A stretch of 64,000 nt of DNA. Source: Hydrolagus affinis. Its lineage: Eukaryota. The stretch is taken from NCBI GenBank assembly GCA_012026655.1, contig JAAILG010001202.1:1-64000 (forward strand), written 5' to 3'. The position numbers were made by a program, and so were the translations under genes. Below are positions 63,082-64,000 of this stretch, piece by piece. The stretch's first letter is position 1, and every line of letters starts with the position of its first letter. Below the pieces are notes generated by a model. It was not told where the DNA came from, did no database searches, and was given only the letters and a program-made list of their open reading frames with translations.

Positions 63082-64000
63082 CTGTTAATGAGGTGGCTGT
63101 TGTTTAAGTAAGTATGTTAAAAGCTGTAGCCTTGAATGTTACTCACTGAGACTGGAAATACAATATTCGGGAAAAGAGGGGGCTGAGGGACTCTTGCTGT
63201 GATTAGTACTCCACAAGAGGATGTCAGACTCGTATGCTAATTTCCTGAATCCCCATCCTGTTTAATACATGATCTGAAGCCAGCACAGTCTGCAGGAATA
63301 CTAAATCGGCCACCTCGATTGTTGGTCTGTCTCCCAGAGAAAGTTGGAGCTTGGAAGCTTACTGGCAGCTAAATGGGTGCCAAATTTCATTTCCAAATGC
63401 TGCGTGGCTATTTATCTTGGCCACTTTACAAGGACTAACCACGTGTGAACATTACAGGCAAACACAATGCGCACACATGTGCAGTCTTTGTGTGCAATGG
63501 CCAAGTTAATGTGGGAGGGAAAGTGCTGCCTCGGTTCCAAGGACAGGCCAGGAAAGCAGGGGGCATGTGCCATCTTATTCGTCTGTTATGAACGCTGCCC
63601 AAATATAAATCAAATAGGACAGTAGTTCAAATGTGAAACAAACTCCGAACACCACACCAGAATGTAACATAACACATCTGACACATTAGTGCACATTACA
63701 CACTGCAGTTCTCTAGATGTCGCCCACAATTTGGCCCACAAACATACAGTCAATTCACTTTACAGCATATTCTGTGAAATGCATTGAGACGTGTAGAAGA
63801 CGTGAAAAGCACTTTCTCAAATGCAAGGATTATTATTGTTATTACGTCATTGCGACTTTTTTTTCTGGCTTTGAATGGTCTGCATGAAACTTCACGTTAT
63901 CCATGTCCCATTTAGGTGCTTTGAGGTTCCACAAAGAGGCTTTCACTGTAATTTGGTTGACTTTTACGATAAACAATAAGAAGGATATGAGCAAACAAAA

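Overview
AT-rich, CpG-depleted vertebrate genomic DNA. The repeat landscape (L2/CR1 LINE remnants, tRNA-derived SINEs, a Deu-SINE-like remnant) suggests a cartilaginous fish, probably a chimaera; this is an inference. The + strand carries the 3' part of ADAM12 (meltrin-alpha): 19 coding exons from 6003 to 59967, all flanked by AG/GT splice sites and phase-compatible. They total 2409 nt (802 aa plus stop) and correspond to roughly exons 5-23 of human ADAM12-L. They encode the end of the prodomain with the cysteine switch, an RHKR furin site, an intact [12 protein letters not shown] zinc protease, and disintegrin, Cys-rich, EGF-like, transmembrane and proline-rich cytoplasmic regions. A ~1.8 kb 3'UTR follows, with tandem miR-29 sites, miR-200b/c sites and several AATAAA signals. 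A probable terminal exon of a convergent gene (possibly FANK1) lies at the right end on the - strand. Most ORFs in the supplied track are non-coding noise. I found no provable new biological system. The best leads are a CpG-rich hAT-type MITE carrying an MRE-like 18-mer array next to a TATA box, a perfect 72-bp palindrome inside a SINE, an AACACT-rich decayed array, a possibly frameshifted ADAM12 C-terminus, and a tandem splice donor that would create a stop codon.
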